A stretch of DNA of 64,000 nucleotides from Candidatus Gottesmanbacteria bacterium (GCA_963809665.1 CAWEKC010000001.1:94209-158208), one strand, 5' to 3'; counted from the stretch's first letter, positions 1 through 10,474 are shown. Notes: generated by a model not told the origin, from the letters alone. Translations and numbers: made by a program.

Positions 1-218
1 GCTGTCTCATCTGCAGTGGGACTTACAACTGCCGCACTCGGCGTTCCAGCCACAGGCTGGTCAGCCTGGGGCTGAGGTGTCGCAGTCGGGACCGGAGCCG
101 TCGTAGTTACCGCATTCTGCGGCTGCAGCGTAAATTTATAATTTGTACCTAAATAATATCCGCCTGCAATGCCCAAAACGATAAGAATAATAATGAGTAG
201 CGTTGTTTTTCCGTTCAT
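1..218 (-). CDS. Partial (runs off window start) membrane-anchored Pro/Thr-rich hypothetical protein
   Basis: Manual translation from ATG at 218: MNGKTTLLIIILIVLGIAGGYYLGTNYKFTLQPQNAVTTTAPVPTATPQPQ...; N-terminal TM helix then low-complexity linker; purine-rich AAGGGGG upstream. Confidence 0.75.
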   Translation of the reverse strand, partial: MNGKTTLLIIILIVLGIAGGYYLGTNYKFTLQPQNAVTTTAPVPTATPQPQADQPVAGTPSAAVVSPTADET

Positions 219-257
219 AGGTTCCCCCTTAAGCGTAATATACTATACTTATAATTG

Positions 258-1493
258 ATGTACAAAGGAACGCTCAACACCAGCAAACTCTACCTCGGAC
301 TCCAGCGGCAGAATGAAATAAGCGAAAAGAAACTACGCCTCCGGCATCCGCATGCCGTAACATTTTTCAGTAAACACGGAATAACACCGGGCCAAATACG
401 ACGGCATGCAGCCAAAGTCGCAGCAACGGCAGGTCTGGCCGGCGCTATGTTGTTTGCCCAACCGCTTACCCAACAGGTACTGTCAACACCTGCCCACCAG
501 ATATCCGCCCTCTCAGCAGACCAGTTACGTAGCGAATTAAAAAACCAGCTTGCTACCCTGTTGCCCAAAGAGGTGATACCGCTTACCGACGCGCAGGAAG
601 CAGCCATTAGTAACGAAATAAAAACAGTATGGGGTATTGATGCTGCGGCATCCATACAGGGTGAACGGTTAAACCGCAGTTACGGATTAATCGGCGCGGA
701 GCAGCATCTTATGCGATATCCGGGTGATGTCGTAGCGAATATGGCACCGGGTAAAGGCGCATGGGGATACTTTGCACAATCGGAAGACCTCCTGACACAG
801 GATCTTATCGAGAAGGAAAAATGGTATGTCGCGGTGCAGACGTTGTACCTGCCGGACTGGTCTCTCCGGCTCAATTATCTGCGGGACTGGTATAAATACC
901 GCAAAGTCCTGGTGGTTAATCCGGTAAACGGGAAAACGGTAGTCGCGGACGTGGCGGATTCCGGACCGGCGGACTTTACCGGCAAGCATTACGGGGGGTC
1001 ACCGGAGGTTATGGCGTATCTGGGCCTGAACGTCCACATGCAGAAGGGACCGGTACTGTTATTTTTCGTCAACGATCCGAATAATGAAATTCCGTTGGGA
1101 CCGGTAGAGTACAATGTACGTACGGGAACTCCGGTAAATTGCACAAAAATTATGAGCAAACTTTTTTACGATCATCTCATTGTTATTGAAGAAATCATTG
1201 CGGTACTGGACGAGCATAAGCTAAAACTCGCGGAACGCACAAAAATTCTCGAACTCATGGATGCCACACTCCAGAACGAGATACTGGACGTCATATTTAC
1301 GTATTTACCGCGCGAAAAGCATGAAGAGTTTTTAAAGAAATTCCATGCGGCTCCGCACGACATCCGCCTCATACAATATCTCAAGGATAATTCTAGCGTT
1401 AATATTGAGCTCGCGATCCTGGACCGGGCCAATAAAACCAAACGGAAACTCCTTAAGGAAGTGCGTAAACACTCGTATGATCGTAAAGCGTAA
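258..1493 (+). CDS. Exported protein with RlpA-like double-psi beta-barrel region, apparently fused in-frame to a second helical hypothetical protein starting at 1152 (MSKLFYDHL...)
   Basis: VLVVNPVNGKTVVADVADSGP...GKHYGGSPEVMAYLG resembles the RlpA/expansin DPBB motif; hydrophobic signal-like segment AAKVAATAGLAGAMLFA; TATACT upstream of ATG 258. Confidence 0.6.
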   Translation: MYKGTLNTSKLYLGLQRQNEISEKKLRLRHPHAVTFFSKHGITPGQIRRHAAKVAATAGLAGAMLFAQPLTQQVLSTPAHQISALSADQLRSELKNQLATLLPKEVIPLTDAQEAAISNEIKTVWGIDAAASIQGERLNRSYGLIGAEQHLMRYPGDVVANMAPGKGAWGYFAQSEDLLTQDLIEKEKWYVAVQTLYLPDWSLRLNYLRDWYKYRKVLVVNPVNGKTVVADVADSGPADFTGKHYGGSPEVMAYLGLNVHMQKGPVLLFFVNDPNNEIPLGPVEYNVRTGTPVNCTKIMSKLFYDHLIVIEEIIAVLDEHKLKLAERTKILELMDATLQNEILDVIFTYLPREKHEEFLKKFHAAPHDIRLIQYLKDNSSVNIELAILDRANKTKRKLLKEVRKHSYDRKA

Positions 1494-1614
1494 AACAGGT
1501 TACTATGTCCTGTCCGAGACTACCAAGCGTAATCTCGGCGGACCGTACAAAACCCGTACCGAAGCCTCAAAGCGTCTGCGCCAAGTGGAATACTTCAAAC
1601 ATCTGCGTCATTAA
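1477..1614 (+). CDS. Small basic hypothetical protein (45 aa, MIVKRKTGYYVLSETTKRNLGGPYKTRTEASKRLRQVEYFKHLRH)
   Basis: ATG at 1477 overlaps the end of the upstream gene; C-terminal part of track ORF 1345..1614; fills the gap before tspO. Confidence 0.65.
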   Translation: MIVKRKTGYYVLSETTKRNLGGPYKTRTEASKRLRQVEYFKHLRH

Positions 1615-2057
1615 TTCAGCATGAGGAGAGAAAAGTTGAGGAAACTGGCAAATGAAACCCACGCCAGATACGGAATTAACAGATACGCGGCAGTTTTATC
1701 TACCCGGTAAAACATTTTAATGATGGCAACAATGAGCACCCACAATACAATTATCATAACCATGCCGCCCGAAATAGAGCGGAACCCGAAAAAAACAATT
1801 GACCAGCCGGCATTGACGGCAAGATGAAGCATAAATATTTTCAGTTCCCCTTTCTTCTGCCACACCAGATACATCGCGATACCCATGAGAACGTAGAGCG
1901 TTGTCCAAACGGGCCCGAAAAGCCAGTTCGGCGGGCTGAAAGAAGGCTTTACGAGCGTTGCGTACCACGTCGGGATCGAAGGGAATGTAGCCAGAGACCC
2001 GATAATTCCCGCCACCAAGCAGACCCCTATCGAAATCAGCAGATTCCGTAGTTTCAT
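1611..2057 (-). CDS. tspO: TspO/MBR family tryptophan-rich sensory protein
   Basis: WYATLVKPSFSPPNWLFGPVWTTLY and LLIPYLAWVSFA motifs; about 5 TM helices. Confidence 0.95.
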   Translation of the reverse strand: MKLRNLLISIGVCLVAGIIGSLATFPSIPTWYATLVKPSFSPPNWLFGPVWTTLYVLMGIAMYLVWQKKGELKIFMLHLAVNAGWSIVFFGFRSISGGMVMIIVLWVLIVAIIKMFYRVDKTAAYLLIPYLAWVSFASFLNFSLLMLN

Positions 2058-2324
2058 TTATTTTTTAGCGAGTGTGTTCCAGATAATTCCGGATACCCAA
2101 CCGACAATGTACCCCGCGACAAACGTGATGACCCAGAGCATGATTGCTTTCCCCCAGTCAAATGACTGTACTACAAAAGGATTGCTCACAAAATGCAGAG
2201 AAAAGATAAAATCCAGATACCAATTGGCCACACCAAGCAAAACGGCGAGCGACCACACAATGTGCATGATGGAAACGGTAGCCCCGATTATGAGGCCGAC
2301 ATCATTCGGATGAATCTTTTTCAT
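2058..2324 (-). CDS. Small hypothetical membrane protein
   Basis: MKKIHPNDVGLIIG...; hydrophobic helices; abuts the tspO start; AGGGG RBS-like sequence upstream. Confidence 0.75.
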   Translation of the reverse strand: MKKIHPNDVGLIIGATVSIMHIVWSLAVLLGVANWYLDFIFSLHFVSNPFVVQSFDWGKAIMLWVITFVAGYIVGWVSGIIWNTLAKK

Positions 2325-2397
2325 ATACATACCCCTTTCATATATAGTATGACGCAGGTCTTTCTTGTTTTGCAACAAGCATGATACAATTTGTTTC

Positions 2398-3297
2398 ATG
2401 CACAAAAGACGCATTCTTCTCTTAACGGCGTGCCTGATGGTTGCTACGGGTGTCTATGTGTTTACGAAGGAAAAAAACCAACCATCCGTATCCCCGCTTC
2501 AGAACGACGCATATACGAAGGTGCTGGGCATTTTCTCGGTCCGGAAAAATCCGGACGATCTCAAAAATAAAATCCAATCCACAATCGGCAATTCGTTCAA
2601 GAATTATTCCGTGTATGTTGTCGACTACCGAAGTAACCTTACCATGGGCGTTAACGAGTCGGAAATGTTTACCGGCGCGTCAATTAACAAACTCGCGATC
2701 ATGGCCGCCCTCTACAACGAAGCGCAAAACGGTTCCGTGAACTTTGACCGTGTGATTACGCTGCAGCCTGAGGATATTCAGGATTACGGGAGCGGGAGCA
2801 TCCGCTATGATCCGCCGGGATCAACGTACACGGTAAAAACCCTGGTGCGCCTCATGATGCAGAAAAGCGACAATACTGCGGCGTTTTTACTGGGTAACTA
2901 CGTCGTGGGATTGCCCAAAGTCCAGTCCCTCATCAACAGCTGGGGGTTAACACAAACGGATATGGCGAACAACAAAACTTCCAATAAAGATATGGAACTC
3001 TTGCTTCGCAAAATTTACGGCAATAATGTCGCCAACCCGTCCCTCACCGCCGAAATGCTCGGATTTCTCAAGGACAGCGATTATGAAAACCGGATACCCG
3101 GGGATCTACCGGACGATGTGACGGTCTATCATAAAACAGGTGATGGCACGACCGGAGAGATTCATGATGTGGGTATTATTATCCAGGGTAATACAGCGTA
3201 TTACATCGGAATTCTGACCAGTGATGTGGGAGATGCTACTGCGGCGGCACAACTGGAAGCAAAAATTTCCAAAATCGTTTACGACTTTATGAGGTGA
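2398..3297 (+). CDS. Class A beta-lactamase-related serine hydrolase (Beta-lactamase2 / PBP-like), membrane anchored
   Basis: SxxK (ASINK), SDN and KTG motifs; N-terminal TM/signal segment. Confidence 0.9.
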   Translation: MHKRRILLLTACLMVATGVYVFTKEKNQPSVSPLQNDAYTKVLGIFSVRKNPDDLKNKIQSTIGNSFKNYSVYVVDYRSNLTMGVNESEMFTGASINKLAIMAALYNEAQNGSVNFDRVITLQPEDIQDYGSGSIRYDPPGSTYTVKTLVRLMMQKSDNTAAFLLGNYVVGLPKVQSLINSWGLTQTDMANNKTSNKDMELLLRKIYGNNVANPSLTAEMLGFLKDSDYENRIPGDLPDDVTVYHKTGDGTTGEIHDVGIIIQGNTAYYIGILTSDVGDATAAAQLEAKISKIVYDFMR

Positions 3298-5654
3298 CGG
3301 GTGAGTGCAAGCTTCAGGACTTCGTCCATGTGCTCAACAAAGTGAAATTTCAGATCTGTCGCAACGCTTTTGGGAATATCCTCAAGGTCTTTCTTATTAT
3401 TTTTCGGTAAAATCACGGTCGCGATACGGGCCCGGTGCGCGGCAATCACTTTTTCCTTTACTCCGCCGATCTCCAGAACCCTGCCGCGCAGCGTAATTTC
3501 ACCCGTCATGGCAACGGAACGGTGCGTCGGGATTTTAGTAAGTGCTGAAACGATTGCCGTTGCAATTGCTGCCCCGGCCGACGGGCCGTCTTTCGGCACT
3601 GCCCCTTCCGGAACATGGACATGGACATCGATTTTCTGGAAAAACTTCTCCGGCAGCCCCAAAAGTTTCCACCTCGACCGGACATAGGACATTGCCGCCT
3701 GACCGGATTCTTTCATCACGTCTCCCAGTTGTCCTGTTAGCGTCAGGTTACCGCGGCCCGGCATAAGTGCAACTTCGATAAACAAAATATCACCGCCTGC
3801 TTCTGTCCATGCGAGCCCTGTCGACATGCCGATCTCATCCTTTTTCTCGGCGAGCATTGATGTAAACTTCGTAGGCCCGAGGTATTCATGGAGTACGTTG
3901 GGCGTTATCGTAAACATAGGCCGCCTGCCCTTAACATCTGCAATCTTTTTGGCGACTTTACGGAAAATAGTGGCCACTTCACGCTCCAGATTCCGGACTC
4001 CTGCCTCACGCGTATACCGGCGGATGATTTCAAGCATCGCTCCATCCGTTAGCTTCACGCTTTTAGCAGGCACGCCGTGGATTTCCCGTTCTTTCTCAAA
4101 AAGGAAGTCCTTCCCGATATGAAATTTTTCATCCTCGGTATATCCGGGGAAATGAATAACCTCAAGGCGATCCCGCAAAGCGGGAGGAATGGTGTCCAGT
4201 ACATTGCAGGTCGTGATGAAAAAGACGTCGGACAAATCAAAAGGCACTTCCAGGTAATGGTCGGAGAACAAATAGTTTTGTTCGGGATCAAGCGCTTCAA
4301 GAAGGGCCGCAGACGGATCGCCGCGGAAGTCAGTGCCTACTTTATCTATTTCATCCAGCATAAAAACCGGATTTTTCGTGCCGGCCTGCTTAATACCCTG
4401 GATAATACGGCCCGGGAGCGCTCCGACGTAGGTTCTACGATGACCCCGAATTTCCGCCTCATCCCGTATGCCGCCGAGGGACATCTTGACAAATTTACGG
4501 CCTAATGAGCGGGCAATGGATTTGCCGATGGATGTTTTTCCGACTCCGGGCGGACCCACAAAACACAGGATGGTCGGGGCAGATTTAGATTTATGTACGG
4601 CAGTTTCTTTTACAACCTTTTCACTCCGGAGTTTCATGACCGCCAGATATTCAAGAATCCGTTCTTTGATTTTCTTAAGCCCGTAATGATCATGGTTCAA
4701 CACGCGCTCGGCATCCGCAATGATGACGTTGTTCGGGCTGGCAACCGCCCAGGGAAGTTCAACAAGCCAGTCAAGATACGCGCGCACATACGAGGATTCC
4801 GGATTATACTGTGACATCTGGATGAGTCTCGCCAGTTCTTTCTCCGCTTTGGCGCGTACGTCCGCAGGCATACCTGCCTTTTTAATTTTATCTGCAAGCT
4901 CCTTGTATTCCTTGTTCCCGTCATCTTCGCCGAGTTCTTTTTCAATTGTCTTCATGCGTTCCCTGAGTACCTGTTCACGGACGTTTTTATCGAATTTCTC
5001 CTGCGTTTTATTGGCAATTTTCTTTTCCAGCTCGAGAATTTTCACTTCGCGTGATAAATAGGTAATTTCTTTTTCCAGACGTTTCTTGATGGAAACCAGT
5101 TCCAAAAGCTCCTGCCGCTCATCGGGTTTGATATCAAGGACTCCCGCGACCTGGTGGGACAATACCTGCGGAGAAACCCCGGACATGATGTTCATGAAGG
5201 TGAGAAAATCCATGGTCTTCCCGAGTTTTACGGCCTGACGCAGTTCATTGGTAAGCGTGTTAAACAGCGCTTTGGTTTCTTCATCTTCCTCGATGGTATC
5301 GGTGAGCTTTATGGCCCGCGCAACAAAGAACGGCTCCACCGCTTCGTACGAAAGAATTTCAACTTTGGATACGCCCCGTACCAGTGCGTTGATCTCCCCT
5401 TCGTTTTTCATCATCTGGACAATCTCCCCGACGGTGGCAATGTTGTAAAGGTCCGACGGTGTGGGATCATTAATATTGGGATTCCGCTGCATGACGAGGA
5501 TTACGCGTTTACCGGATGTCTGACCCGCTTCTATGGCGGACACACTACGCTGCCTGCCGAAGGTTAAAATCATTTCGGTACCGGGGAATACTATGCCGTC
5601 TCTTATGGGAACCACCGGCAATACTATTTCTGATGGATTTAATATTTCATCCAT
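3279..5654 (-). CDS. lon: ATP-dependent Lon protease
   Basis: LON N-domain, Walker [20 protein letters not shown], catalytic PKDGPSAG. Confidence 0.98.
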   Translation of the reverse strand: MDEILNPSEIVLPVVPIRDGIVFPGTEMILTFGRQRSVSAIEAGQTSGKRVILVMQRNPNINDPTPSDLYNIATVGEIVQMMKNEGEINALVRGVSKVEILSYEAVEPFFVARAIKLTDTIEEDEETKALFNTLTNELRQAVKLGKTMDFLTFMNIMSGVSPQVLSHQVAGVLDIKPDERQELLELVSIKKRLEKEITYLSREVKILELEKKIANKTQEKFDKNVREQVLRERMKTIEKELGEDDGNKEYKELADKIKKAGMPADVRAKAEKELARLIQMSQYNPESSYVRAYLDWLVELPWAVASPNNVIIADAERVLNHDHYGLKKIKERILEYLAVMKLRSEKVVKETAVHKSKSAPTILCFVGPPGVGKTSIGKSIARSLGRKFVKMSLGGIRDEAEIRGHRRTYVGALPGRIIQGIKQAGTKNPVFMLDEIDKVGTDFRGDPSAALLEALDPEQNYLFSDHYLEVPFDLSDVFFITTCNVLDTIPPALRDRLEVIHFPGYTEDEKFHIGKDFLFEKEREIHGVPAKSVKLTDGAMLEIIRRYTREAGVRNLEREVATIFRKVAKKIADVKGRRPMFTITPNVLHEYLGPTKFTSMLAEKKDEIGMSTGLAWTEAGGDILFIEVALMPGRGNLTLTGQLGDVMKESGQAAMSYVRSRWKLLGLPEKFFQKIDVHVHVPEGAVPKDGPSAGAAIATAIVSALTKIPTHRSVAMTGEITLRGRVLEIGGVKEKVIAAHRARIATVILPKNNKKDLEDIPKSVATDLKFHFVEHMDEVLKLALTRHLIKS

Positions 5655-5675
5655 AGTTAAAACGTACGTTTATAT

Positions 5676-5702
5676 CTAGCACTCGAGTATATCAACTGCT
5701 AA
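5676..5702 (-). promoter_or_regulatory. CIRCE-like (HrcA) operator upstream of lon
   Basis: Minus strand TTAGCAGTT-N9-GAGTGCTAG versus consensus TTAGCACTC-N9-GAGTGCTAA. Confidence 0.8.
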
Positions 5703-5714
5703 CACATCCGTCAA
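5686..5714 (-). promoter_or_regulatory. Sigma70-type promoter of lon
   Basis: TTGACG (5714-5709), 17 bp spacer, TATACT (5691-5686) on the minus strand. Confidence 0.75.
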
Positions 5715-5730
5715 GAGGTCGTCTTACACA

Positions 5731-6567
5731 TTATATAAACTCGCTGAGGAGCGCCTGAAGATCTATTGTTTGGTCCGTAATGACGGGCTCGTTATCTTCG
5801 CTGGTCGGTTTAATTTCTTTATAGAAAATACCCACGGGAATCTTGTCCCCCCATTCCATGGCCTTTTCCATGGCCTTCAGTTTGTTATCCGGTACGTACT
5901 GCTGGGATTCAAGTGTGTAGAGACGCTGGCGGTACCACTGATATGTATGCACTTTGTCAAACGTCACGCAGGGCTGGAGGACGTCAATAACGGCAAAACC
6001 TTTATGACCGATAGCGGCGGCGATCATTGCAGACAGACCCGGCGCGTCCCCTGCAAATCCTCGTGCCACAAACGTGGCCCCGGAGGCAATGGCAAGCGCA
6101 ACAGGATTGACCGGCTCGTCCACAACTCCTTCGGGTGTAGACTTGGTTTTAAATCCTTCTTTCGCCGTCGGCGAAGCCTGGCCTGTCGTAAGTCCGTAGA
6201 CCTGATTATCATGAATGAGAACGGTGATATCGGGATTACGTTTCGCGGCATGAATGAAATGGTTGCCTCCCTCCCCCAGCCCGTCCCCGTCCCCGGATAC
6301 AACAATGACGGGTAATTTCCGGTTGGCAAGCTTTAATCCCTGTGCGACCGGCAGAGTCCGACCGTGAAGCGCGGCCACCCCGTATATTTTCATCCAGTCG
6401 TACATATTGCCGTGACATCCCACACCGTACACGACAACGCCGTCATCCGTACCGATATTCAGGCTTACCAATGCGTTTTTGAGGGACAACCAGATACCGA
6501 AATCCCCGCACCCCGGGCACCACGTAGGCAAAAATCCTGATTGAAATGTATCAGCGGTTATACTCAT
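5731..6567 (-). CDS. korB: 2-oxoacid:ferredoxin oxidoreductase beta subunit (TPP-binding)
   Basis: PTWCPGCGD, GDGD...DNQVYGLTTGQASPT TPP motif, LQPC; substrate specificity cannot be assigned. Confidence 0.93.
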   Translation of the reverse strand: MSITADTFQSGFLPTWCPGCGDFGIWLSLKNALVSLNIGTDDGVVVYGVGCHGNMYDWMKIYGVAALHGRTLPVAQGLKLANRKLPVIVVSGDGDGLGEGGNHFIHAAKRNPDITVLIHDNQVYGLTTGQASPTAKEGFKTKSTPEGVVDEPVNPVALAIASGATFVARGFAGDAPGLSAMIAAAIGHKGFAVIDVLQPCVTFDKVHTYQWYRQRLYTLESQQYVPDNKLKAMEKAMEWGDKIPVGIFYKEIKPTSEDNEPVITDQTIDLQALLSEFI

Positions 6568-8303
6568 ACATTACTCACTTTCTCCACAATTTCTTCCGGA
6601 TACCATATACGCCCGTCGTACTTCAATAATTTTTCTTTAATAAGAATCCCCGTATGTTCACGGATAAGTGATGCCAGCTGCCCCGTCGCATTCTGTTCGA
6701 CCGCAATAAGACGCGTGGCAGGCGACAGCAGGGTCATTGAATCGGCCGATGGAAACGGATAGATCCATGAATAATGTACGAGTCTTGTTTTTTTACCTTT
6801 CGCGGAGAGCAGTTTCATAGCTTCCAGCACCGGGCCTTTCGTACTTCCCCATGTTACAAACGTAAGCTCAGCCGGATCATCGCCATATACAGTTGGTGCT
6901 TTCACGTCTTTTTTCATCGCTTCAAATTTCTTCATACGCTTAGTAGCCATTGCGATACGCGCTTCGGACTTTTCAGTGACATGGCCTACTTCGTCATGTT
7001 CATAGGAATTTGCGTAATAAAACCCTCCTTTTTGCCCGGGAACACTACGGGTGGAGACACCGTCCGCGGTAGTCAGATCATACCGCTTAAACGATCCGTC
7101 CGAAGGAAGCTCTGAATCTTTTGCCAACTTACCGCGGTCAATTGTTACATCGCCTGACATGAGCGCTTTGGGCACACACCATTGGCTTTCGTTGATATAT
7201 TTATCACTTAAAATAAATACCGGTACCTGATACCTGTCGGCTAAATTAAATGCGTGAACGGTGAGCGTGTACGCATCCGCCGCGTCACTGGGCGCCAGAA
7301 CAATACGCGGAAACTCCCCATGTCCCGCATGAATAACAAACTGAAGTTCTCCCTGCTCGCTCCACGTCGGCATGCCGGTTGACGGACCCGGGCGCATCCC
7401 GAGATCTATAACCAGCGGCGCTTCTATCATTCCGGCCCAGGACAACCCTTCCACCATCAGCGCAAATCCTCCGCCTGACGTTGCTACCATGCTGCGTGCG
7501 CCTCCCAGTGATGCACCGATTGCCATGTTAATGCCGGCTATTTCATCTTCCGGCTGCTTATACACGATGTTTGCACTTTTGGCGTGGTCCGCCAAAAAAG
7601 TAATGAGCGCATTGATGGGAGTCATGGGATATATGGCTGCAAACTTTAAACCGGCCCGTACGGCCCCGATGCCGATTGCTTCGCTGGCATTGACGATAAG
7701 CTGGTCTTCTTTTTTCGTTGCCGGTGAAAGGTTTATGGAATTTTCACTTCCAAAATTTTGTTTCACATAGTCATACCCCGCACGTGCGATATCCACATTG
7801 CGTTTGATAACGTCGGCCCCCTTTTTCTTAAACTGGTCGGTAATGACCGTCTCAAAACTGGCAAACGGCGCACCCATGAGGGCAATACTTGCTGCAATGG
7901 CAACCGTGTTGCGCATCACGGGTTCACCGCCTAATTTCGTCATGAGGTCGGTTAATGGCACGGCAATGAGCTTCACCGGTTTGGGGAAATCGGTACTCTT
8001 TAGTTCGCTATCCTTCGGATCAAATATAACCAAGGCGCCCTCACCCAGTTCCTGTTTGTGCAGGTCTACCGTTTCGCGGTTTAACGCAACCAGGAGGTGG
8101 AGATCACGGTTCATCGCTTCGAAATTGTCCGTTGCGACGCGTACCGTTACGAGATTATGACCGCCGCGGATACGTGAGGGATATTCATTTGTTGCAAATA
8201 CGTGGTATCCGGCGCGGGCGAAGGTCCGGGCAAGCATGGTGCCGCTGGCCATTATTCCGAAACCCGCTTCCCCGCCGATTTTCCAAGTAACAGAATCAAT
8301 CAT
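6564..8303 (-). CDS. korA: 2-oxoacid:acceptor oxidoreductase alpha subunit (gamma-alpha fusion)
   Basis: GGEAGFG, EYPSRIRGG, YPMTP, EDEIA, ATSGGGF, RPGPSTGMPT. Confidence 0.93.
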   Translation of the reverse strand: MIDSVTWKIGGEAGFGIMASGTMLARTFARAGYHVFATNEYPSRIRGGHNLVTVRVATDNFEAMNRDLHLLVALNRETVDLHKQELGEGALVIFDPKDSELKSTDFPKPVKLIAVPLTDLMTKLGGEPVMRNTVAIAASIALMGAPFASFETVITDQFKKKGADVIKRNVDIARAGYDYVKQNFGSENSINLSPATKKEDQLIVNASEAIGIGAVRAGLKFAAIYPMTPINALITFLADHAKSANIVYKQPEDEIAGINMAIGASLGGARSMVATSGGGFALMVEGLSWAGMIEAPLVIDLGMRPGPSTGMPTWSEQGELQFVIHAGHGEFPRIVLAPSDAADAYTLTVHAFNLADRYQVPVFILSDKYINESQWCVPKALMSGDVTIDRGKLAKDSELPSDGSFKRYDLTTADGVSTRSVPGQKGGFYYANSYEHDEVGHVTEKSEARIAMATKRMKKFEAMKKDVKAPTVYGDDPAELTFVTWGSTKGPVLEAMKLLSAKGKKTRLVHYSWIYPFPSADSMTLLSPATRLIAVEQNATGQLASLIREHTGILIKEKLLKYDGRIWYPEEIVEKVSNV

Positions 8304-8336
8304 AGGCAGTATTACCAGTGTACAGGAAAATCCCGG

Positions 8337-8591
8337 TTAGGGGAAAATCTGTTTTCCCGCCGCGTCGGTGATGAAGATCGCCATGACAGGGCACCCCTTA
8401 GCCGCTTCGATAAGCGTAGCATCAGACTCCTCACCTGCAGTATCGAGAATTATTGCTTTTGCCTCATTGTCGAGCGCCCACGCTTTGGGAGCAATTGCTA
8501 CACAGGTAGCAGCCCCGATACAAAGATTCCGGTCAATACGCATTGTATATGTACGTATTTGACGTTTTACTTTCGGGTCGTTGTCATCCAT
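8337..8591 (-). CDS. Single-cluster ferredoxin (probably 3Fe-4S)
   Basis: CIGAATC...AAKGCP: CxxAxxC-Xn-CP, second ligand position is Ala. Confidence 0.9.
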   Translation of the reverse strand: MDDNDPKVKRQIRTYTMRIDRNLCIGAATCVAIAPKAWALDNEAKAIILDTAGEESDATLIEAAKGCPVMAIFITDAAGKQIFP

Positions 8592-8595
8592 AGAT

Positions 8596-8964
8596 TTATT
8601 TCAATGATATCACAGCTTTTTGAAGAACTTCCAGAGGCAATGTCGCGCATTTTGTCCGTGACGGGGTCAGCGTCGTGCCCAGCATATCAAAAATGTTTTT
8701 CGCTTTAAGCTTCATGACGTCATGTTGTTTCATTCCCATTACCTTTCCCGTAAGCATAGACGCAGCTGCCTGGCTGATTGCACATCCTACACCGGAAAAC
8801 CGTATATCTTTAATTTTTTTAGAATTATCTATACGGATTTCCATGACCATCTTATCGCCGCAGGTGGCATTATATGCAGCGGCCGTTGCACTCGCATGTG
8901 GTAAATGTCCGAAGTTACGCGGGTGCTTGTAGTGCTCAAGGATAATTTCGCGGTACATGTCCAT
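8596..8964 (-). CDS. sufU: SUF system SufU/IscU-type sulfur-transfer/scaffold protein
   Basis: YREIILEHYKHPRN, NATCGD, GCAISQA, RTKCA. Confidence 0.93.
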   Translation of the reverse strand: MDMYREIILEHYKHPRNFGHLPHASATAAAYNATCGDKMVMEIRIDNSKKIKDIRFSGVGCAISQAAASMLTGKVMGMKQHDVMKLKAKNIFDMLGTTLTPSRTKCATLPLEVLQKAVISLK

Positions 8965-8966
8965 AG

Positions 8967-10166
8967 TTACGCAAACATTTTTATCACCTTTTGAAGACCG
9001 ACGCCGAGCGCATCAATGTCGGATTTAGTTGTATATACATAAAATGATGCGCGTACGGTTGGCCCTATCTTAAGAAACTCATGTAACGGCTGGGCGCAGT
9101 GGTATCCCACGCGGACACAGATGTTATCTTCGTCCAGAACCTGGGCAACATCATGGGGATGTATTCCTTTGACCGTAAATGAAACAACACCTGCCCGTGA
9201 CTCCGGATCTTCCGGACCTATCACGGTAACGCCCCTGATGGACGATACCATCTTCAGCGCGTACGTTGTCACAGCCTTTTCATGCGCGCGGACCGCGGCC
9301 ATTCCGATGCGCGACAGGTAATCAACGGCGGCTCCGAATCCTATGACCCCGGCAATGTGCGGGGTGCCTGCTTCAAACTTATGCGGCGGCGGCTTAAACA
9401 CGGTTGTCCCCTCATGTACTTCTTCGATCATTTCGCCTCCGAACATAAATGGTTTCATCCTCTCAAGCAGTTCATATTTTCCCCAGAGGACGCCGACGCC
9501 CGTGGGCCCGAGCATTTTATGGGATGAAAACGCGACAAAATCCGCCTGCCAGTCGGATACGTCCACCTTCGTATGCGGAACAGCCTGCGCTGCGTCTACA
9601 AGAACGAGGACATGAGGGTTCAATGATTTTGCTTTCCGTACAATTTCTTTAACGGGAACTATTGTCCCGAGGACATTGGATACGGCAGTAATCGCAAGCA
9701 ATGTAGTTTTCCTCGTAATGAGCTTTTCCAGGCCCTTCGGGTCCAACCGGCCGGCGGAATCCATGTTCCAGACTTTTAATTTCCCGAGCTGCTGCCAGGG
9801 AACAAAATTAGAGTGGTGCTCCATCACCGATGCGATAACTTCGTCTCCGTGAATTTCGCTGTACGCAACAAGATTGATCGATTCCGTCGTATTCCGTGTA
9901 AAAATAATTTCTTCCGGTTTTTGTGCACCGATAAACTTTGCTACTTTGCTGCGTACGTTTTCATACTCGCGGGTTGCCTCTTCACTTATTTTGTAAATAC
10001 CGCGGAAAATATTTGCCGTATACCGGGTGTAATATTCCCGTTCTTTATTAATCACGGATTGTGGTTTCAGAGACGTAGCAGTTGAATCCAGATACACGAC
10101 CGGCTTGCCGTTAACCAACCGCGCAAGCATGGGGAAATCCTTACGGATAGACGAAGCATCAATCAT
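8967..10166 (-). CDS. sufS: SufS-type cysteine desulfurase
   Basis: YLDSTATS, SSHKMLGPTG (PLP Lys), RVGYHCAQP group II motif. Confidence 0.96.
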   Translation of the reverse strand: MIDASSIRKDFPMLARLVNGKPVVYLDSTATSLKPQSVINKEREYYTRYTANIFRGIYKISEEATREYENVRSKVAKFIGAQKPEEIIFTRNTTESINLVAYSEIHGDEVIASVMEHHSNFVPWQQLGKLKVWNMDSAGRLDPKGLEKLITRKTTLLAITAVSNVLGTIVPVKEIVRKAKSLNPHVLVLVDAAQAVPHTKVDVSDWQADFVAFSSHKMLGPTGVGVLWGKYELLERMKPFMFGGEMIEEVHEGTTVFKPPPHKFEAGTPHIAGVIGFGAAVDYLSRIGMAAVRAHEKAVTTYALKMVSSIRGVTVIGPEDPESRAGVVSFTVKGIHPHDVAQVLDEDNICVRVGYHCAQPLHEFLKIGPTVRASFYVYTTKSDIDALGVGLQKVIKMFA

Positions 10167-10474
10167 ACCAAAACCATTACGTCATCCCCTTCTGTTTTGA
10201 CCGTGTATGGTGTTTCGTCTTTCATCGGAGGCGCGGCGATGACTTTACCGGTAACGACGTTAAATTGCCCGCCGTGACATCCGCAGGTCACGATCGTGCC
10301 TGCTAATTTCCCTTCCGTACCGAGAGAGCATCCCTTATGGGTACACGTGTCATCAATCGCGAAAAATTCCCCCCCGACGTTGGCGATCATCAGACGTTTC
10401 CCTCCGGCAAAAACGGTTTTCTTTTCGCCGTTTTCCAAATCCGATGTATGAATCACTTTTACGTAATTTCCCAT
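10163..10474 (-). CDS. Rieske [2Fe-2S] ferredoxin
   Basis: CTH...CGCHGG motifs, inside the suf operon. Confidence 0.93.
   Translation of the reverse strand: MGNYVKVIHTSDLENGEKKTVFAGGKRLMIANVGGEFFAIDDTCTHKGCSLGTEGKLAGTIVTCGCHGGQFNVVTGKVIAAPPMKDETPYTVKTEGDDVMVLV

Noticed and set aside
390-460. Twin-arginine (Tat) signal in the first ORF (IRRHAAK)
   Set aside because: Poor match to S/T-R-R-x-F-L-K, and no tat genes are visible in the window
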